From Carpediemonas membranifera BICM (lineage: Eukaryota > Protista > Fornicata): a stretch of 64,000 bases of DNA. The stretch lies in assembly GCA_019828565.1 (NCBI GenBank), contig JAHDYR010000012.1:1746945-1810944 (forward strand), written 5' to 3'. The notes under the pieces are model-generated. The model was not told the origin of the DNA and ran no database searches. It was given only the letters and a program-made list of their open reading frames with translations. Within the stretch, counting starts at the first letter, position 1, and every line of letters starts with the position of its first letter. The position numbers were made by a program, and so were the translations under genes. Below are positions 59,419 through 64,000 of the stretch, piece by piece.

Positions 59419-60420
59419 ATGAAAGACGGGGTAGAGAACGTCATCGACCCTGCTATCTTTGCAGAAGAGTTCATGGACTTCATCGTGAACAGAAAGGCGA
59501 AACAATCTTCGCTTGCCTCAATTCTTGGCGACGAAATCATCTCGTTTATCGAGAACGGCATTGTTTCAACAGAGGTGACGCCACCGCCAAAGAAATCGGC
59601 GTCCGTAACATATCATACCTCCTCGTTTGCGCCCAAACGTGAGCACCATCCTTCGCCGGCCCGTACCGTTACCCCCTCGCCAGCCCCGAAGAGCTCGACC
59701 CCGGCAACAGAGAACGGTTCACAGCCAAAGTCGATGCGGTATGTGGTGAGTACCGCCGCCAAGCCACAGACCGCGCACCAGCCAGCAAGGTTCTCTGACG
59801 TCACCAAGTTTGTCGCCAAGGCGCCCCCGGCACGCCGGCAGAGGCCAAAGGATCCGGCGCATATTGTTATTAATAACATTCCCCGTGCTGCCCCGCGTGC
59901 CGCCCAGATGCCCGGGCAGTCGGACCTGAGGCTCGCCCAGGCGCCCACAGCGCGGGTCGAGGGCACACCGCTGAGGCCGATAGTTCTCAGCGTCCGCCAT
60001 GACAGAATAGTGGAGAAGGACACGCCGGTGGTCGCCGCGTCCGACTGGGCGGGAGTCACCCGTGCAGTCGCCCCGACACCCGCAGCGATCCTCCCCCGCC
60101 CGGCCCCGGAGACGGCCACCCCGGTCCAGCCCCCTAAGCCCGAGTCAGCGACCCCACTGTCTGCCTCCCCGTCGGACACCGGCCCCGAGGCGACGTCGCC
60201 CCTTCAGTATGAGTCCGAGAGCACATTCATCCCCTCGTCCGGGACCTCTATCTCCAGGGGCCTGTTTAGCAGCGGCACCCGGTTCTCCACCTCCTCGGCC
60301 TCTGAAGACTCCGCCCTGTCTGGGCTCGACAGCGGCATGACGAGCGGGGACTCGCTGCTGGGCGATACCGGGCTGTCTCCCGGGGAAGTGAGGCAGACTG
60401 TCGGCCGCAGGTGGAGGTGA
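59419..60420 (+). CDS. Hypothetical Pro/Ser-rich protein
   Basis: 333-aa ORF with a short helical N-terminus and a low-complexity remainder. Confidence 0.65.
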   Translation: MKDGVENVIDPAIFAEEFMDFIVNRKAKQSSLASILGDEIISFIENGIVSTEVTPPPKKSASVTYHTSSFAPKREHHPSPARTVTPSPAPKSSTPATENGSQPKSMRYVVSTAAKPQTAHQPARFSDVTKFVAKAPPARRQRPKDPAHIVINNIPRAAPRAAQMPGQSDLRLAQAPTARVEGTPLRPIVLSVRHDRIVEKDTPVVAASDWAGVTRAVAPTPAAILPRPAPETATPVQPPKPESATPLSASPSDTGPEATSPLQYESESTFIPSSGTSISRGLFSSGTRFSTSSASEDSALSGLDSGMTSGDSLLGDTGLSPGEVRQTVGRRWR

Positions 60421-60698
60421 GCCGTGCCATGGTCTGTAAGCAAGCTTTAGTTACATTAGATACTATTATTCACGTAAATGCTGTTGGATCTTCCTGCTTG
60501 TTGTCCCCCGTGAGAGTCCAGACCTCGTCGACCTCATTGTTCGCTGTCTCCAGAGCCATACCTGACCCAGAGCAGCCATGCCCTCTCAAGAACTACAGCA
60601 AGAAGTGCGACTTCGGTTCTGCTTGGTAAATGAGCATGGTTAGACACGTGCAGAAGACCGCTGATGTCAATCAATTGATTGACCCTTAAAATGCACCT

Positions 60699-61079
60699 AT
60701 GGGGAAGCCGAAGAAGAGCGTGGGTGTGAAGGATACTGCGACTGCGCAGTATATCCCAAAGAATCCCGGAAGACCAACTTTCAAGAAGACTGGGCGCATT
60801 GAGAAGAAAGGAGAAGGTTTGCAGCCTGTCGTGAAGGATGTGGTTCAAAAAGGACAAAAGAGAGATATTGAGCGCAATATTCTTAAGAACAGAGGCCTTA
60901 CCGCCTTCAGAAAGAAGGACAAGCGTGTGCCCCGTTCGAAGCGCCGGATGCAGTTCGAAAAGCTTGACCGGAAGCACAAGTCCATGACCAAGAACTTCAC
61001 TGAAGCGAAGCACGGCAACTATGAGGGCGAGGCCAACGGTATCAACCCCAACGTGGTCCACAGTGTGTCCCTTCACTGA
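60699..61079 (+). CDS. Sas10/Utp3 C-terminal domain protein (SSU processome)
   Basis: R.I...ILKNRGLT..RKK....PR.K.R..FEK and YEGE..GI.PNVV.SV. Confidence 0.85.
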   Translation: MGKPKKSVGVKDTATAQYIPKNPGRPTFKKTGRIEKKGEGLQPVVKDVVQKGQKRDIERNILKNRGLTAFRKKDKRVPRSKRRMQFEKLDRKHKSMTKNFTEAKHGNYEGEANGINPNVVHSVSLH

Positions 61080-61273
61080 GTTGCAGTGTTTGTGTTGGAT
61101 GAAAAGCGACCAGCGCCATTCGGATAAAGACAGTCTTATTTCGTGGTCAGGGTGCTGAGCCGACCTTCTCAATGTCATATAGTTCGACTGATGAGGAATT
61201 ATCAGGATTTATGTGACCTCATGTATGCAGTAAGTGGCCAGCATCACAGACAGGGCTTCTTTCAAGCACAAGA

Positions 61274-62317
61274 ATGGTCAGACATATCACTGCGAACGGC
61301 ATCGGAAAGAGTGGCGTAGCATGTGTTGAAATGGCCCTGAAGCATCTTCTTGAACAGCCCGAGCGCTGCAGCGAGATGCTGCAGGAGAGCTCTTCCACGG
61401 TCAAGCAGGACCAAATCCTCGCCGTTCTTGGTCTTTCGAGCTCCAAGCCCTCTGCTAACTCCAAGTCCTCCGGCACATCCAACGTCCTGCCCATAGATCT
61501 GGCCTACTACCTCTACATGATGCGTGTTCCGGCCATCATGACCTCTGCCGTCCTCGGCGCCCCCATCGAGGCCGAGGAGGCTGATGCTGCACGTGCCAAC
61601 AAGCTCTTCCGCATCGCCCCCTCCAAGTACTTCCCAGTTACACGCCGATTCGTCGCCGTGAGCGAGCTGAAGGCAATCCTTGCCCACGGGCACCAGATCA
61701 TCGCCCACCTCGACTCTAGATTCATCCGCTACGTCCGTGAGGGCGAGCTCCTCTCCGTTGACGACGCCTTCGACGCCCCCCCGCTGCTGAGCAGCGCCGA
61801 CCCGCTCCCCATTACCCTCCGCCAGCTGGACCCCACCCCCGAGGGTTTCGACCCCTCTGACGTCGCAGACATGACCTCTCCCTTCATCGACGACGTTGGC
61901 GGTGACATCAAGCCGACGTACACGGCGTGGTGGCGCGGCATGGGCGATGAGCAGACCGCCGACACCATCACCGGCGGCGACGGCTTCCTGGGCGACGAGG
62001 AGTCGATCGACTCTGGTTTCATTTATGAGTCCGCGCTGCCCTTTGCACTCCCCTTCAGCGCCTGCGGTCTCGAGCAGTCGACTCGCCCTGCCTTGACTGA
62101 TGTCACGCGCTGGTTCAAGAAGAAGGTCGGCCAGTTCCAGTCGCGGTACGTGCTACTGTCGAGCTGGCACTCGACGACACAGTGCTTTGTCGTGTACGAT
62201 CCGGAGCTCCCCAACGGGCCGCTGCTGATGCGGGTCGAGGCGTTCGAGACGGCACGGAGGCGGCCAGAGACGCAGGACGCTCTCATCGTCGTCCTGAACC
62301 AGGAGATGCGGAAGTAG
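61274..62317 (+). CDS. GUCD1-like (peptidase C39-like fold) protein
   Basis: GVACVEMAL, IDLAYYL, RANKLF, YVLL...F..YDP and FETAR...T match the GUCD1 family pattern. Confidence 0.65.
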   Translation: MVRHITANGIGKSGVACVEMALKHLLEQPERCSEMLQESSSTVKQDQILAVLGLSSSKPSANSKSSGTSNVLPIDLAYYLYMMRVPAIMTSAVLGAPIEAEEADAARANKLFRIAPSKYFPVTRRFVAVSELKAILAHGHQIIAHLDSRFIRYVREGELLSVDDAFDAPPLLSSADPLPITLRQLDPTPEGFDPSDVADMTSPFIDDVGGDIKPTYTAWWRGMGDEQTADTITGGDGFLGDEESIDSGFIYESALPFALPFSACGLEQSTRPALTDVTRWFKKKVGQFQSRYVLLSSWHSTTQCFVVYDPELPNGPLLMRVEAFETARRRPETQDALIVVLNQEMRK

Positions 62318-63500
62318 GTGTAAAGTGTGTTTCAGGGTAGAGCTCTGTCAGATGAGGTCGGCAAAGGCTGTAGCAAGGATCAAGGAGGTTCGGCGGTAGA
62401 AACGGGTGTTGTTCTTGTGGATGAATGCGCGTACGTCAACGACTTTGTTCTTCTTCTGCTCGAGGCGTTGGAAGGCAATCAAATCGGCGGGAGTCAGAGG
62501 GAACTAACAAAGGGGTTTAGTGGTGGTGCGGTGGACTCAGGGGCTGTCCCGCTCCTCGCGGTCAGCCCCGTCATCCCTCTCTAAAAATAGGTCTTATTAT
62601 CGTGCGTTCAGCAGCGTGAACGACTCCGCCGATTCGATTGCGACCAATCTTCTCCGAAGATTGGGGCCGAACAATAGAGCTAAGTCCCGGACCCGACGAC
62701 CAGGGGACAGGGCCAGCAGGACGCCATTGTCTGGGCAGCTGGCTGCCAGTAAGTACCTTACCGGTCGGCTTCGCACACACCCATCCAGGCCCTACGGAGG
62801 CGGCCATTACGTTCGGCCCGAGACTCCCGGTCCGAGTCCGACGAAGATGAGGAAGACGACGAGGAATCAGGGCCCTGCTTGGGGGGCCACAGGGAAACCT
62901 TCATTGGAGGCCAAGAAAATCTTAGCATCCAGGCGCCATTCTTTGATCGAAACGGGCGATAAGTTATCGCTAGTGAGCTTTGAAACATTCGTATTCACTT
63001 TCACGTTCATTCGAAGGGAAATCCAGAGTGATCACTGTGGTGAATCCTTGTGCTTTTATACTGCGAATTCAATATTTTTCAATATAACTCAACATCATAA
63101 CAGAGGGGCAGCGCAAGGTCGCGCGCCAGCCCACTCAGTGTCTCTGCCCTGTTGAGGAAGTTGCCCATGGTGTCATGACACAGGCTGAACTGTTCCGTCC
63201 TGAGCGCGCGCCGGGGTGATTCACCTGAAGAATCAAACTGTTTATTGTCAGATTTGACCATTTACTATGCCGTGAGGTATAGTAAATGGCCTGACGTATT
63301 TAACCATAGGTAAATACCATGGAATATTTAATGTCCCATGTCACTACCCCCCTTGACAGAGAGAAAAACCCACCTTGCAAAGGAAGGGAAAAGAAGGTGT
63401 TCCGGATCTTTCTGTGTTTGAATTATTGTTGCCCAAAGTTAAAATGACCTAACCTTCTTGCGCACTTTTAGCACTTTCTGAGCAGCTGAACTAGTAGCCA

Positions 63501-64000
63501 ATGCCGTGCAGTGTCTGCAAGCGCAATGGTCACAACCGCACATCGTGCCCGTTTAGACACCTGATTGAGCGTTCTGATGACAGGACACTCCTCTCCGTCA
63601 TGCAGGACTTGGTTGAACGGAATGCGATCGCAAAGGAACTGCCTGTGGAGCGAGTGGCTTCATGGGCAGTTCAAGTACTGAATGGTAACAGCTTCACATC
63701 TTTCTCTTTACACAGGAACCGCCTCTTTCGATGATCCGCCCACCGGACTTTGCTCTCCGGCCAGTCCGCAGTATGTGGCCACCGACCGCCAGAGGGAGCG
63801 AGATATAGGCGTCCAGCAAGCACGCCCGCATCAAGATTACTTGTCTGTTCCAGTCCCGGCCGCCAGACTGATGGAGGTCTACACTCTCCTTGCGTCAGCT
63901 CCACCCCAGGAGACAGTGGCTGCAACACCATCTATCAGCCAGTCTCTTGGCCCTCCGAGAGCCTCTTCCCAGACGAATAAACACTTGTTCCTGATGATCT
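63501..64000 (+). CDS. Partial protein with N-terminal CCHC zinc knuckle; probable 31-nt intron (63685-63715)
   Basis: CSVCKRNGHNRTSC. Removing GTAACA...CACAG gives a frame open to the window end. Confidence 0.55.

Noticed and set aside
62330-63000. Weak similarity (NGVLLALS) to the element D antisense protein
   Set aside because: Too short and interrupted by stops to support homology.
1-64000. CRISPR arrays, rRNA or tRNA genes, prokaryotic operons
   Set aside because: None seen; the repeats are explained by LTRs, TSDs and microsatellites.

Overview
Eukaryotic, GC-rich, gene-dense genomic DNA with very short (29-35 nt) GT-AG introns. It is probably an anaerobic metamonad/fornicate-type protist, which is an inference from gene content, intron size and a mitochondrial-type Hsp70. 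Host genes are Prp31-like, RPS14, 7TM-RGS, Rad1, choline/ethanolamine phosphotransferase, a 3' fragment of RPA1, mtHsp70, a Sas10 C-terminal protein, a GUCD1-like protein and several hypotheticals. More than half of the window is nested retroelements. There are five Ty3/gypsy LTR elements (A-E; B, C and D have a visible integrase chromodomain) with very short LTRs (about 51-121 bp) and 4-5 bp TSDs, two related APE-type LINEs with (TTTC)n tails (one 10.7 kb long), and DIRS-like and CRE-like remnants. Four signals stand out. (1) Every Ty3 element with a readable 5' leader has an 8-10 nt perfect palindrome, of different sequence in each, exactly where the tRNA primer-binding site should be, followed by the gag ATG 18-22 nt after the LTR. 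(2) Elements C and D carry an antisense accessory gene ending in a second chromodomain-like domain, and in C it contains a spliceosomal intron. (3) The giant LINE has a huge ORF1 region with a Maelstrom/arenavirus-NP-like DEDDh exonuclease flanked by degenerate Upf1-like helicase motifs. (4) Head-to-head (TAAGG)n/(CCTTA)n telomere-like microarrays sit at rearrangement junctions. All family assignments are by motif recognition only; no searches were run.
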